From a virus (lineage: Duplodnaviria; Caudoviricetes), in IMG/VR virus record IMGVR_UViG_3300037487_000323, positions 1,387-65,386 of that record: a stretch of DNA of 64,000 nt; one strand, given 5' to 3'. Below, piece after piece: positions 16,590 to 26,318 of the stretch. A program made the translations under genes and the position numbers. Numbering within the stretch: position 1 is the stretch's first letter; every line of letters starts with the position of its first letter. Under the pieces are notes generated by a model. The model made no database searches and was not told the DNA's origin. It saw only the letters and a list, made by a program, of their open reading frames with translations.

Positions 16590-17252
16590 ATGAGAATAAA
16601 ACTAACACCAGAACAACTTAAAGAAAACCGTAAAGTTGCAAGTAAGATATACAGGGACAATATGCCTCTTGAAATGCGAGCAAAGATCGCCGATAGCAAA
16701 CGCAAGGGCGCAGAGAAACGTAAAGTGCAAGCCAAAGAAGAACGCGCAGCGTACTACCAAGTAAACAAAGAACACATGAATGCCAAGTCTAAAGAGTATC
16801 ACAGGAAGGCGCGAGAAAAGATCGCAGCTGAGAAAGCAGCGGGCATAAATGTACCACCAACAGCACATGCACCCAGAGTACGCAAGGTTATGAACCAACC
16901 TGCAGGCATGACTACGCTCAAGGATGAGGCGAAGAAAATGGGTATAGCGACAGCGCACTTAAGAACTATACAGAAAGATGCTAGGTTTAACATGCCTAAG
17001 TCTAAGATGTTACGTATAGATGGTATGGAGTTGTTTGATATCTATGAGATGGCAGCTTGGCAACAGCAGTATAGAGAAGTTCTGGCACAAGAAACAATAT
17101 CAGGAGCATCAAAGAACAAGAAAGGCATAACTCTAAGTAAAGACGTAATACTAATCATCAACTGGCTACAAGCATCAAAACACATAACTAAATACTGCAA
17201 CACCCAGCGCGTTGCAATTAATTCAAACCAATTTTGGGCGAGGTGGGCGTGA
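16590..17252 (+). CDS. basic hypothetical protein, possible C-terminal HTH
   Basis: 220 aa, Lys/Arg-rich helix then TLKDEAKKMGIATAHLRTI. Confidence 0.7.
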   Translation: MRIKLTPEQLKENRKVASKIYRDNMPLEMRAKIADSKRKGAEKRKVQAKEERAAYYQVNKEHMNAKSKEYHRKAREKIAAEKAAGINVPPTAHAPRVRKVMNQPAGMTTLKDEAKKMGIATAHLRTIQKDARFNMPKSKMLRIDGMELFDIYEMAAWQQQYREVLAQETISGASKNKKGITLSKDVILIINWLQASKHITKYCNTQRVAINSNQFWARWA

Positions 17253-17515
17253 TGAGTCCTGAAAGAGAGTTATTGAAAAAGATTTTAGCAACGGGGTGGC
17301 TAAATAACGAGTTTAGCTGTGGAGTAGACGCACTACTCGTCCAACCTGAGCAAGAGCCTGTGGCTTGGTTGTGGACTAGAAACTATGAGGGGGGAGGATA
17401 TACAAATATGGTATTCCAAATGAAGTGCGCAGCTGACGAATACGCAAAGGATAGTGAAAACTTAAAATATCCTGATCTTGTGCGTCCACTTTACTTGGGG
17501 GTAGATGATGAGTAA
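17252..17515 (+). CDS. small QPEQEPVAW-family phage protein
   Basis: Tandem paralog of the next gene; 29-bp identity 17341-17369 and 17606-17634. Confidence 0.7.
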   Translation: MSPERELLKKILATGWLNNEFSCGVDALLVQPEQEPVAWLWTRNYEGGGYTNMVFQMKCAADEYAKDSENLKYPDLVRPLYLGVDDE

Positions 17516-17860
17516 AGAAAGAGAGTTGCTATATAGATGGTACAAAGGAGCGCAAGATCAAGTAGATTTTAATGAGTTATACGATAAAACCGAAGAACTC
17601 CTCGCCCAACCTGAGCAAGAGCCTGTGGCTTGGTGTCAATTGATTGACGGAAAGGTACAAGATTTATTAACTAGCTTTGAAATGAAAGATTGGATTAATG
17701 ATGACACATGGACGCCACTCTATGCAACACCACCCAAGCCGAGCCCTTGAGTGATGATAAAATAACAGGCTTATGGGCTAACAAATCACCTGTTAATGAA
17801 TTTGAGTGTGTTAGGTTAGTAGAAAAAGCACACGGTATTGGAGTAGGTAATGAGACTTAA
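17505..17860 (+). pseudogene. QPEQEPVAW-family protein, apparently frameshifted near 17740
   Basis: Frame stops at 17750, but a shifted frame continues EPLSDDKITGLW...VEKAHGIG to TAA 17860. Confidence 0.5.
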
Positions 17861-17983
17861 TGGCATGACAAGAATAGGTAGTTTTTTAGAAAGCACCCGA
17901 ACACTCCCTGCAAAACAGATTAACTTTAAACAACTAATATGGCTTAAGCCTTTTTCAAGTATGTATTTAAGGAGCAAAAAGAA

Positions 17984-18148
17984 ATGAAACTCTATGAATT
18001 AGGCAATGACAAACGATTTACGCTAGTAGACGACAGCTCAGGCACGGTTTTTTTATTAGACCATATAGACGGTGCATATTCTGTGTGCTATATAGGTAAT
18101 GTAATTGTACATATTTCAGCAAGTGCTGAAATTGAGGGGGTAGAATAA
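17984..18148 (+). CDS. hypothetical protein (54 aa)
   Basis: MKLYELGNDKRF...LDHIDGAYSVCY; AAGGAG RBS. Confidence 0.65.
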   Translation: MKLYELGNDKRFTLVDDSSGTVFLLDHIDGAYSVCYIGNVIVHISASAEIEGVE

Positions 18149-18342
18149 TGGCTATTAGTAGAAAGGATGTTTTTAAAGATATGTTTTCGAGTGAATCGGC
18201 AGATAGGGTGTTTGCTACAACGGAGGATGCTGAAGACTATATACTAAAGTGCAAAGAACAAACGCACTTTAGTAGCTCATGGGACGCAATGACGTTTAGA
18301 CTTGCGCAAGTAAAATGTGGAATACCTCTGGAGGTAGAATGA
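18148..18342 (+). CDS. hypothetical protein
   Basis: 64 aa, coupled. Confidence 0.65.
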   Translation: MAISRKDVFKDMFSSESADRVFATTEDAEDYILKCKEQTHFSSSWDAMTFRLAQVKCGIPLEVE

Positions 18343-18686
18343 AAAACTTAAGAATCGGCGGCACAGATGTTGGCGAATATATCAAAGAACAAGTAGCAAT
18401 AGCAATAGCCGAACATTTCAAACAGCCTGAACCCAAATGGTACGAAAATATCCCTGAGCAAGGTGTGTTGTGTTGGTGTGAAGGGGAGCATGAAGGGAAA
18501 GGGTTTTTGGCTGACATACCCCGCAAAAGAATACTTGCGCGTATTGATAGTTACACGCCTAAACCAACCGCACCACGTAAAGATAGTTTTACTGCTAACT
18601 GGGGATTTTTAAATAGGGAGCACTGGGTATGGTATGAAAATGTACAACCACTAACCAACGAAGAAATTGAGGGGTTTAAAAGATGA
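18339..18686 (+). CDS. hypothetical protein
   Basis: GGAGG RBS before ATG 18339. Confidence 0.7.
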   Translation: MKNLRIGGTDVGEYIKEQVAIAIAEHFKQPEPKWYENIPEQGVLCWCEGEHEGKGFLADIPRKRILARIDSYTPKPTAPRKDSFTANWGFLNREHWVWYENVQPLTNEEIEGFKR

Positions 18687-18922
18687 GCGAGATAACAATA
18701 AGTTTAGAACAAGTAGAAACCTATATAAAAACCTTAAGTGGTGAGTACGATGAGTGGTGGATGGCTGAATATGGCTTATATACAACAGGTATTATAAGGT
18801 TCTTTGAAACGGTAGATGAGGGTTTTGCCAGTAAGATAAAAATTGCAGTGCAAGATCATAGTGTTATAGCAGATAGGCTAGAAGCAGAAAGACAAGATGA
18901 GTGGCAAAGGCGGCGCAGGTAA
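18683..18922 (+). CDS. hypothetical protein
   Basis: 79 aa, coupled. Confidence 0.65.
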   Translation: MSEITISLEQVETYIKTLSGEYDEWWMAEYGLYTTGIIRFFETVDEGFASKIKIAVQDHSVIADRLEAERQDEWQRRRR

Positions 18923-19000
18923 GTTCTTAAGGGGGTTGACACCTGTAGTATATGAGCGAGAAGAGGAAGATAAGCAGTACGATAGTTATTGGAGGAACAG

Positions 19001-19294
19001 GTGAGTATAACTAAAGAGGGGGTAGTTAAAAAAGATATTAAAGCTATCCTAGATACATTAGGGGTTTATTACTTTATGCCCTCTGGTAATGGGTATGGAC
19101 GGTCAGCTATCCCTGACTTTGTAGGCTGTTACAAGGGGCACTTCATTGCAATAGAAGCTAAGGCAGACAACCTGCAAGCTACGGCGATACAACAACGCGA
19201 GCTTACTAGGATCAACAGTCATAAGGGGCTGGGGCTTTGCATCAATGCTGAAAATATTAGAACGCTTAAGGCTCTACTGGAGTTATTACCATGA
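19001..19294 (+). CDS. VRR-NUC / PD-(D/E)xK nuclease
   Basis: EGVVK, IPDFVGC, FIAIEAKA, Q motif; GGAGG before GTG 19001. Confidence 0.85.
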   Translation: MSITKEGVVKKDIKAILDTLGVYYFMPSGNGYGRSAIPDFVGCYKGHFIAIEAKADNLQATAIQQRELTRINSHKGLGLCINAENIRTLKALLELLP

Positions 19295-21117
19295 GATTGA
19301 TGACGCTGGATTTTGAAAGCTTCTACAGCAGGACTTACAGCTTAACTAAACTAACAACAGAAGCCTATGTAAATGGCGATGAGTTTGAAGTTATTGGGCT
19401 ATCTATTAAGTTTAATGATACAGAGACTACATGGTACACAGGTAACAGAGGGTACATACAAGATGTATTAGATTCTTTTGATTGGAAGAACATCACCATA
19501 GTAGCCCATAATTGTTTCTTCGATGCTAGTATTCTTTCATTAGTGTTTGGCATATTTCCCGCAAGGTATATTGATACTCTTTCTATGGCACGTGCTATAC
19601 ACGGTATCTCTGTAGGGGGGAGTCTAGCTAAACTAGCGGCGTACTATAATCTAGGGGAGAAAGGCACTGAAGTTGTTAATGCATTAGGTAAGCACCTTAA
19701 AGACTTTAACCAAGAAGAGTTAGATGAGTATGGGGATTATTGCATTAATGATACAGAACTGACCTATAAATTACTCCAATGCCTAATGCCTCAATTTAAT
19801 GCCACTGAGTTAGCGTTAGTAGACATAACTATTAAGATGGGTGTAGTGCCTAGATTAGAAGTGGACTTAGCACTACTAGAGAGCCACCTCTATGCAGTAA
19901 AAGCAGCGAAGCAAGATTTACTAGACAAAATAATAGTAGATAAGTCCGAAATTATGAGTAACCCTAAGTTTGCTAAGTTGTTAGAAGATTGCGGCGCAGA
20001 AGTGCCGATGAAGGTATCTCCTACTACTGGCAAGATGACGTATGCGTTTGCTAAAACAGATGACGGGCTTAAGGACTTACTAGAACACCCTAATGTAATG
20101 GTGCAGACTTTAGTAGGGGTAAGGCTAGGTGTTAAAAGCACTATCGAAGAAACACGCACAGAACGCTTTATAGACATCGCAAAGCGTATGGGCAGGCTAC
20201 CTATCCCCTTAAACTATTACGGAGCAGCAACAGGCAGGTGGTCAGCAGGTGGTGGGCAAAAGGTAAACTTTCAGAATATTCCTAGAGGCTCTACACTTAA
20301 AGAAGCTATTGTTGCACCAGAAGGGTATCTAATAGTAGGAGCTGACTTATCAAACATTGAATTGCGTGTAGGTATGTGGGTTGCAGGAGAGATGGATGCA
20401 CTTAAGTTATTAGGTGACGGTGGAGATTTGTACAAAGACTTTGCTAGTAAAGTATTTAATGTACCATATGATGAGGTAAACAAAGAACAGAGGTTTATTG
20501 GTAAGACTTCACAACTATCACTAATCTTTGGGGTAGGTGCGGCTAAGTTACGCAGTGCAATTAAAGCTGGGTCTGGGCTAGACTTAGGTGAGGTAGAGTC
20601 TAAACGTATTGTTGATTTGTATAGGAATACTTATACAGGAGTGACAGCACTATGGAAAACATGCGGCAAAGCTATAGAGAGCATAGCAACTGATGGAGAG
20701 TTTACATTTGGTACTAACAGCCTATATACAGCTAATAGTTTGGGGGTACGGTTTCCATCAGGGCTATATATGCAATACCCACAACTTGCTAATGTAGTAG
20801 ACTCCAAGACAGGGGAACAAGGATATAAGTATAAGTTACGTAACGGGTATGATAGACTATACGGCGGTAAACTAATGAATAATCTAGTGCAGGGTACAGC
20901 CCGTTGCATTATGTCTGAGGCGATGGTCAGGGTAAATAAAAGATACCCTATCGTATTAACTATTCATGATGCCCTGTATATCCTAGCTCCAGAACATGAG
21001 GCACAAGAAGCATTAGAGTTTTTAATGTTAGAGATGACAAAAGTTCCTTTGTGGATGCCCGACTTACCGTTGGCAGCAGAAGGGGGGTTTGGTAAAACTT
21101 TAAAAGATGCGGGCTAA
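19291..21117 (+). CDS. polA: family A DNA polymerase with 3'-5' exonuclease
   Basis: ExoI LDFES, ExoII HNCFFD, ExoIII YCIND; TGRWS; motif A DLSNIELR, motif B RFIGKTSQLSLIFG, motif C TIHDA. Confidence 0.93.
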   Translation: MRLMTLDFESFYSRTYSLTKLTTEAYVNGDEFEVIGLSIKFNDTETTWYTGNRGYIQDVLDSFDWKNITIVAHNCFFDASILSLVFGIFPARYIDTLSMARAIHGISVGGSLAKLAAYYNLGEKGTEVVNALGKHLKDFNQEELDEYGDYCINDTELTYKLLQCLMPQFNATELALVDITIKMGVVPRLEVDLALLESHLYAVKAAKQDLLDKIIVDKSEIMSNPKFAKLLEDCGAEVPMKVSPTTGKMTYAFAKTDDGLKDLLEHPNVMVQTLVGVRLGVKSTIEETRTERFIDIAKRMGRLPIPLNYYGAATGRWSAGGGQKVNFQNIPRGSTLKEAIVAPEGYLIVGADLSNIELRVGMWVAGEMDALKLLGDGGDLYKDFASKVFNVPYDEVNKEQRFIGKTSQLSLIFGVGAAKLRSAIKAGSGLDLGEVESKRIVDLYRNTYTGVTALWKTCGKAIESIATDGEFTFGTNSLYTANSLGVRFPSGLYMQYPQLANVVDSKTGEQGYKYKLRNGYDRLYGGKLMNNLVQGTARCIMSEAMVRVNKRYPIVLTIHDALYILAPEHEAQEALEFLMLEMTKVPLWMPDLPLAAEGGFGKTLKDAG

Positions 21118-21181
21118 TGGCTAACAAAAAAACAAACAAAGATAGAAAGAAAAAGATTAACCCTTTTAAAGCACACGAGGA

Positions 21182-21469
21182 ATGGCAATGCCTAAAACAA
21201 GTAAAACAAAACTAGCTTATCAAGCAGGCCGTCAAAAAACACCTGCCGAAGTAGAGAAACGGGTAGCCCGCAACAAAGCTAGGAGACACGCTATAGCTGA
21301 CGGCAAAGCTTCTGTCGGAGATAATACCCAAGTAGATCATATAAAACCCTTAAGTAAAGGGGGCAGCACTAAAGACAGCAACACACGAGTAGTTAGTACT
21401 GCAAAGAACGAGGGGTGGCGTAAGGAGTACCCTGAGATGTATGGTAAGACTAAGAGCAAGAAAAAATGA
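21182..21469 (+). CDS. HNH endonuclease
   Basis: VDHIKPLSKGG...NTRVVSTAKN. Confidence 0.85.
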   Translation: MAMPKTSKTKLAYQAGRQKTPAEVEKRVARNKARRHAIADGKASVGDNTQVDHIKPLSKGGSTKDSNTRVVSTAKNEGWRKEYPEMYGKTKSKKK

Positions 21470-21654
21470 GTGATGTAATTGATAGTGCTAATGACCAAGT
21501 GCAACTTATACTAGAGAAACAAATTGCGATAGCTAGAGGCCGACCCCTAAATGTATTTCAAAATGAGTCAGGCCTTTGTTGGGAGTGTGATGCAACAGTT
21601 AGTGATGGTAGGCGTTGGTGTTCAAAAGAATGTGCTGACAGGAGCGAGAGATGA
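21466..21654 (+). CDS. TraR/DksA-like C4 zinc-finger protein
   Basis: MSDVIDSAND (DxxDxA) plus CWEC...CSKEC. Confidence 0.75.
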   Translation: MSDVIDSANDQVQLILEKQIAIARGRPLNVFQNESGLCWECDATVSDGRRWCSKECADRSER

Positions 21655-21797
21655 GAACTGAATTTGAAGAGTTAGATGTTGTACCTGTAGAACAAGAGAA
21701 AGAAGTTGAAGGGTATTATGGAAAGAAAGCGGTTATAATCTGGAGTCTGGTTGTGGTAATCAGCTTGCTCGGCATACTTAGGTGGCATGTATTATGA
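21651..21797 (+). CDS. small membrane protein (48 aa)
   Basis: Coupled at both ends; C-terminal hydrophobic segment. Confidence 0.55.
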   Translation: MRTEFEELDVVPVEQEKEVEGYYGKKAVIIWSLVVVISLLGILRWHVL

Positions 21798-21976
21798 AAA
21801 ATAAAGCGGATTATATAGAAGAAAGCATTAGGTTTAGGTGGCTTCAAATTAACGCAGCGCTAAACAACATAGATTTTAACACCACAATGATCTTACGAGC
21901 AGAAGAATTACTTGAAGGGTTGTATGAAGAAGCACGAATAGCCAGCATTATAAAGCTATGCTTAACAGGTAAATGA
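21794..21976 (+). CDS. hypothetical protein
   Basis: ATGA coupling. Confidence 0.6.
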   Translation: MKNKADYIEESIRFRWLQINAALNNIDFNTTMILRAEELLEGLYEEARIASIIKLCLTGK

Positions 21977-22326
21977 GTGTCTGGCCTGATTTCTTTTTTC
22001 AACCTGTTAACCTATGGAATTACCCAAAACAATATCGAGATTATCAAATGAGTATCAACGAAGAAACAACAGTACGTCCTCAGTGGGTACTAAAAGACCT
22101 AAAAGCAAACGACACTCAAGTAGATGGTACACACTACAAAGATATGGCTATAGAACCTTGGGAAGTTATGGGGGTTGTCTTAACCCACGAAGAATTTGTG
22201 GGGTATCTCAAAGGCAACGTTATTAAATACGCTATGCGTGAAGGTAAGAAAGATGGAGCTACTAAAGATGCAGCGAAAGCAAGGCACTATGCAGCTAAGT
22301 TAAAAGAAGTAGAAACAGAATGGTAA
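21973..22326 (+). CDS. DUF3310-family protein
   Basis: QVDGTHYK..IEPW...GYLKGNVIKYAMR. Confidence 0.8.
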   Translation: MSVWPDFFFQPVNLWNYPKQYRDYQMSINEETTVRPQWVLKDLKANDTQVDGTHYKDMAIEPWEVMGVVLTHEEFVGYLKGNVIKYAMREGKKDGATKDAAKARHYAAKLKEVETEW

Positions 22327-22466
22327 AACGAATTAAAGAGTGGTTTCACCCTCCGCACGTGTGTAAGATATTTAAACACTTTTATGGTATGAATATTAAG
22401 CAGTGCGTACACTGCAACAAAGAGTCTCCTATTGGAGAAGACCATTTTATAAAACACCAGAGGTAG
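22320..22466 (+). CDS. small Cys/His protein (48 aa)
   Basis: MVKRIKEWFHPPHVC...CVHC; fills the gap between coupled genes. Confidence 0.5.
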   Translation: MVKRIKEWFHPPHVCKIFKHFYGMNIKQCVHCNKESPIGEDHFIKHQR

Positions 22467-22468
22467 TA

Positions 22469-23158
22469 ATGAAAGTGCCTAGTTTCTCATACAGCTCACT
22501 AAGCCAGTTTATCACCTGCCCTAAACAGTATGAGGCGCATAAGGTTTTAAAGTACATTCCGTTTACCGACACAACAGCTACACTCTACGGTAAAGATGTC
22601 CATACAGCAGCAGAGCACTATATAGGGTCAGGCACCGTGTTGCCTGAGAAGTACAACTATATTAAAAGCTACCTTGATACACTAAATAGCATCAGTGGCG
22701 ATAAGTTCTGTGAGCTTGAATTGGGGATTGCTTTAAAGGATGGGGACTATACGCTGTGTGATTTCAATGCAGATGACAGGTATTGGAGGGGTATAGCAGA
22801 TTTAGTTATTGTTGATGAAGCGGCAAGCAAAGCGTATATTGTGGATTACAAGACAGGTAAATCTGCCAAGTATGCAGATACTAAGCAGCTTGCTCTTCTA
22901 GCTGCAGCAGTGTTTTTAAAATACCCAGCTCTTAAAGTTATTAAAGGGATGCTACTATTTGTAGTCTCAAAGGAAATAATAAAAGCTGAGTATACGTATG
23001 ATAACCGATTTGAGATATTTGACAAGTTAAAAGAAGTGCTTACTCAACGTGAAGTAGCATACGAGACAGGCATATTTAATACATCACCTAATGGTCTTTG
23101 CCGTCAATGGTGTCAGGCTACACGATGTATCCATAATGGGAGGTACAAACAAGAATGA
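22469..23158 (+). CDS. Cas4-like PD-(D/E)xK exonuclease
   Basis: SYSSL..CP, GIADL, IVDYKTG, C-terminal CRQWC...C. Confidence 0.85.
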   Translation: MKVPSFSYSSLSQFITCPKQYEAHKVLKYIPFTDTTATLYGKDVHTAAEHYIGSGTVLPEKYNYIKSYLDTLNSISGDKFCELELGIALKDGDYTLCDFNADDRYWRGIADLVIVDEAASKAYIVDYKTGKSAKYADTKQLALLAAAVFLKYPALKVIKGMLLFVVSKEIIKAEYTYDNRFEIFDKLKEVLTQREVAYETGIFNTSPNGLCRQWCQATRCIHNGRYKQE

Positions 23159-23370
23159 AAGTAACAATAAAGTCAGTGCAGACTACAGCGGCTGATGCAG
23201 GACTACCAGAGAGCGTTATAGAGAGGCACATAGATGCCCTATGTGAGATGATACTACGTGCTAAAACACAAGAACGTAAATCCTGTAGCAACAACTTAAG
23301 AAACTGGTTTCACCAGAAGGGTAGTAAGCCGCCACTACATGATCTATTAGAGGCATTAGAGCACAACTAA
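23155..23370 (+). CDS. hypothetical protein
   Basis: 71 aa, coupled. Confidence 0.65.
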   Translation: MKVTIKSVQTTAADAGLPESVIERHIDALCEMILRAKTQERKSCSNNLRNWFHQKGSKPPLHDLLEALEHN

Positions 23371-23403
23371 CTGAGTCGCTTCCATAAGAAGCTGGGTAGG
23401 AAA

Positions 23404-24945
23404 ATGATAACAGTACTAAATAAAGACGTGGTGTCTGTACGTACAGATGACCCTGCTGCTATTACAGCAGTCATAGAAAGAAGTAAGCACGTAGCAGAAA
23501 ATGAAGTTTGGGTTAAGTTTGGCTTAGGTGAGATGCACATATTAAACAATATGGGGTTTAAAGATGTACCCTCCCCTATAAGCACTCAGTACCAGTGGAC
23601 GGGTATGTACAAGCCATTTGACCACCAACGAGTAACAGCAGAGTTTCTAACCCTAAACAAAAAGTGTTTCTGTTTATCAGAAATGGGCACAGGCAAAACA
23701 AATTCTGTTATTTGGGCTGCAGACTACTTAATGAAGCAAGGGGTAATTAAACGAGTACTAGTGATTTGCCCTCTATCCATTATGGATGCTGCATGGCGTA
23801 GAGACTTATTTAGGACTGTAATGCACAGGTCTGTAGAGATAGCGCATGGCTCTAGGGAAAAGAGAGCCGCTATTATTAAAGGTGCTGCTGAGATAGTTAT
23901 TATTAACTATGATGGTGTAGAGATAGTACAGAAAGAAATAGATGCGGGCGGGTTTGATTTAGTCGTAGTTGATGAATGTACGCACTTAAAGAACGTAGCA
24001 ACAAAACGCTGGAAGGTGCTAAACAAGTTAATCAAAGGGGATATGTGGTTATGGATGCTTACAGGTACACCTGCGGCGCAGTCTCCAGTGGATGCATACG
24101 GCTTAGCTAAGATAGTAAACCCCAAGAGTGTACCAAAAGCATTTAACGCTTTTAGAGATATTGTACAAATAAGGCAGTCTGTATTTGTGTTTAAAAACCG
24201 CCCAGAAGCTGAAACAATAGTACACAGCATCTTACAACCTGCTATACGGTTTACTAAAGAAGAGTGTTTAGATTTACCTGAGCTTTTGTATCAGACTAGA
24301 GATGTACCACTTTCAATACAACAAGATAAATACTATAAGCTCTTAAAGAAAGAGATGCTTATGCAAGCAGGAGGCGAAGAGATATCAGCGGCTAATGCAG
24401 CGGTAGCCTTGAATAAGTTATTGCAGTTATCAGCAGGTTGTGTGTACTCAGATACAGGAGAAGTAATAGAGTTTGATGTTAAGGGTAGGACTAGTGAGCT
24501 ACTAGATATAGTAGATGAAGCATCACATAAAGTAATTGTATTTGTTATGTTTAGGCACACTATTGAGCTAGTGCAGAAAGCGTTATTAGCCGCAGGACAT
24601 ACAGTAGATGTAATACATGGTGGCGTGAGTGTTAGTAAGAGGGCAGAGATATTTAATCAGTTCCAGATTAGCCCAGACCCCCGTATACTGGTTATCCAGC
24701 CGCAAGCTGCAGCTCATGGCGTTACATTACATGCAGCTAATACAATCGTCTGGTGGGGCATAACACTATCACTAGAGACATACATGCAAGCTAATGCTCG
24801 CATACACAGAGCAGGACAGATTAATAGGTGTAATGTTGTGCACTTAATAGGAAGTCCAGTAGAAAAAAAGGTACTAAATGTACTGGAGAACAAAGGCGCT
24901 TCTCAAACGAAGCTGTTAGATTTATTTAAAGAGGTAGTGCAATGA
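23404..24945 (+). CDS. SNF2-family helicase
   Basis: EMGTGKT, DECTH, LTGTP, HGVTL, QANARIHRAGQ. Confidence 0.92.
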   Translation: MITVLNKDVVSVRTDDPAAITAVIERSKHVAENEVWVKFGLGEMHILNNMGFKDVPSPISTQYQWTGMYKPFDHQRVTAEFLTLNKKCFCLSEMGTGKTNSVIWAADYLMKQGVIKRVLVICPLSIMDAAWRRDLFRTVMHRSVEIAHGSREKRAAIIKGAAEIVIINYDGVEIVQKEIDAGGFDLVVVDECTHLKNVATKRWKVLNKLIKGDMWLWMLTGTPAAQSPVDAYGLAKIVNPKSVPKAFNAFRDIVQIRQSVFVFKNRPEAETIVHSILQPAIRFTKEECLDLPELLYQTRDVPLSIQQDKYYKLLKKEMLMQAGGEEISAANAAVALNKLLQLSAGCVYSDTGEVIEFDVKGRTSELLDIVDEASHKVIVFVMFRHTIELVQKALLAAGHTVDVIHGGVSVSKRAEIFNQFQISPDPRILVIQPQAAAHGVTLHAANTIVWWGITLSLETYMQANARIHRAGQINRCNVVHLIGSPVEKKVLNVLENKGASQTKLLDLFKEVVQ

Positions 24946-25517
24946 AAGTAACACTTGAAGAACATACCAACCCCCTAAACTTAGGGAAATATGCTGGGAT
25001 ATGCTACGGGAGAGAAGGAAACGATGAGAAAAGATTGGCTCACATTATTGGGGTTGGGCATTTATCTGTCCTTAGATTCGGCGCTGCTGTATTTCGCATT
25101 CAGGGGATTAGTAGAGTATGCCTAGCACAGTTAACACGTAGTAAGCATTTAGAATATCTTGTAAGAAGTTCTAGGTATTGCGATGAGAGTGAGGCAGAGT
25201 TTCACATGCCTGAGAGCCTTAAAGAGTTGGACGCAGTGTCTCAAGATCGTATACTTTCGTGTTTACAGAAGGCTGAGGATTTATACAAAGAGTTACGCGA
25301 CAAAGGCATATCAAAACAAGATGCGCGGTATATCCTACCCCAAGGGCAAGAGACAGAGTTATACGTAACAGGTAACTACCAAGCTTGGAAAGACTTTATT
25401 AAACTTAGATCATCTAAGTCAGCACAAGAAGAAGTACGTAAAGTTGCCTTAGAGATTGAACGACAATTACAAGAGATTGCCCCCATAATATTTGGTAATT
25501 TACTTGACGACAATTAA
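24942..25517 (+). CDS. thyX: flavin-dependent thymidylate synthase
   Basis: GHLSVL, ISRVCLAQLTR, SSRY, QDARYILP, LRSSKSAQEEVR. Confidence 0.85.
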   Translation: MKVTLEEHTNPLNLGKYAGICYGREGNDEKRLAHIIGVGHLSVLRFGAAVFRIQGISRVCLAQLTRSKHLEYLVRSSRYCDESEAEFHMPESLKELDAVSQDRILSCLQKAEDLYKELRDKGISKQDARYILPQGQETELYVTGNYQAWKDFIKLRSSKSAQEEVRKVALEIERQLQEIAPIIFGNLLDDN

Positions 25518-25532
25518 CAGATGTAGTACAAT
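25504..25532 (+). promoter_or_regulatory. sigma70-like promoter
   Basis: TTGACG-N17-TACAAT. Confidence 0.6.
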
Positions 25533-25550
25533 ATAGTCTCTTTTGGGGGA

Positions 25551-25712
25551 ATGATGCACAAGAAAGTAGTTTGGGTGTGTGGCATAGCCCACATAAAGAC
25601 ATGGCCTATATTTCCTTGGATACAGACAGATACTTACGGCTGGTATTTTAGCTGGTTATTTATACGTATTGGTAGGTACAGCAGGTATTGTGGTGAGATA
25701 GAAGAGGAGTAA
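25551..25712 (+). CDS. small aromatic-rich protein (53 aa)
   Basis: Open frame after the promoter, preceded by GGGGGA. Confidence 0.45.
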   Translation: MMHKKVVWVCGIAHIKTWPIFPWIQTDTYGWYFSWLFIRIGRYSRYCGEIEEE

Positions 25713-25717
25713 ATAAA

Positions 25718-26104
25718 ATGAATGCAGAACAACTGGTCACTATCTATATAAAGATGCGTGATGCCAGACAGAAGTTACAGAAAGAGTTTGATGATGCAGA
25801 TGGTAGGATTAAAGAACAGCAAGACCAAGTTACTCAGGCTCTACTAGAGCTTTGCAAAGAAACAGGCGCAGATGGTTTACGGACTGCCGCAGGTAATGTA
25901 TTTAGAACAGTTAAAACTAGATACTGGACAAGTGACTGGGGCAGTATGAAGTCTTTTATTAAAGAGCATGATGCAATGGAGCTACTAGAACAACGTGTAC
26001 ATCAGACTAACATGAAGAACTTTTTAGATGAAAACCCAAACCTCATGCCTCCGGGCATGAATATTGATAGCAGATACAGTGTTACTGTAAGAAGAGGCAA
26101 GTAG
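25718..26104 (+). CDS. phage coiled-coil protein
   Basis: 128 aa, GAGG RBS, replication module context. Confidence 0.75.
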   Translation: MNAEQLVTIYIKMRDARQKLQKEFDDADGRIKEQQDQVTQALLELCKETGADGLRTAAGNVFRTVKTRYWTSDWGSMKSFIKEHDAMELLEQRVHQTNMKNFLDENPNLMPPGMNIDSRYSVTVRRGK

Positions 26105-26105
26105 A

Positions 26106-26318
26106 ATGGAAAAAGACAATGAAGTAGTGTATTTGACAGGTGCAGAAGTTTCTAAGATACTAGGCCTCTCCCGTCAAACCCTACTAGCACTACGGAAGAA
26201 AGGAGCTCTTGAAGGGTATAAACAAGGGTCAACGTTACTGTACAGCTCAGACAATGTTAGAGCATTTCTAAGCAACAGAACAACAATTACTAAACTATCA
26301 ACTGGAGTACAAAAATGA
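26106..26318 (+). CDS. helix-turn-helix (excisionase-like) protein
   Basis: YLTGAEVSKILGLSRQTLLALRKKG. Confidence 0.8.
   Translation: MEKDNEVVYLTGAEVSKILGLSRQTLLALRKKGALEGYKQGSTLLYSSDNVRAFLSNRTTITKLSTGVQK

Noticed and set aside
22469-23158. Cas4 as evidence of CRISPR-Cas
   Set aside because: It is a solo Cas4-like nuclease inside a replication module, which is common in phages.
26106-26318. Excisionase implying lysogeny
   Set aside because: No integrase, att site or CI-like repressor was found; this HTH class also acts as a general regulator.
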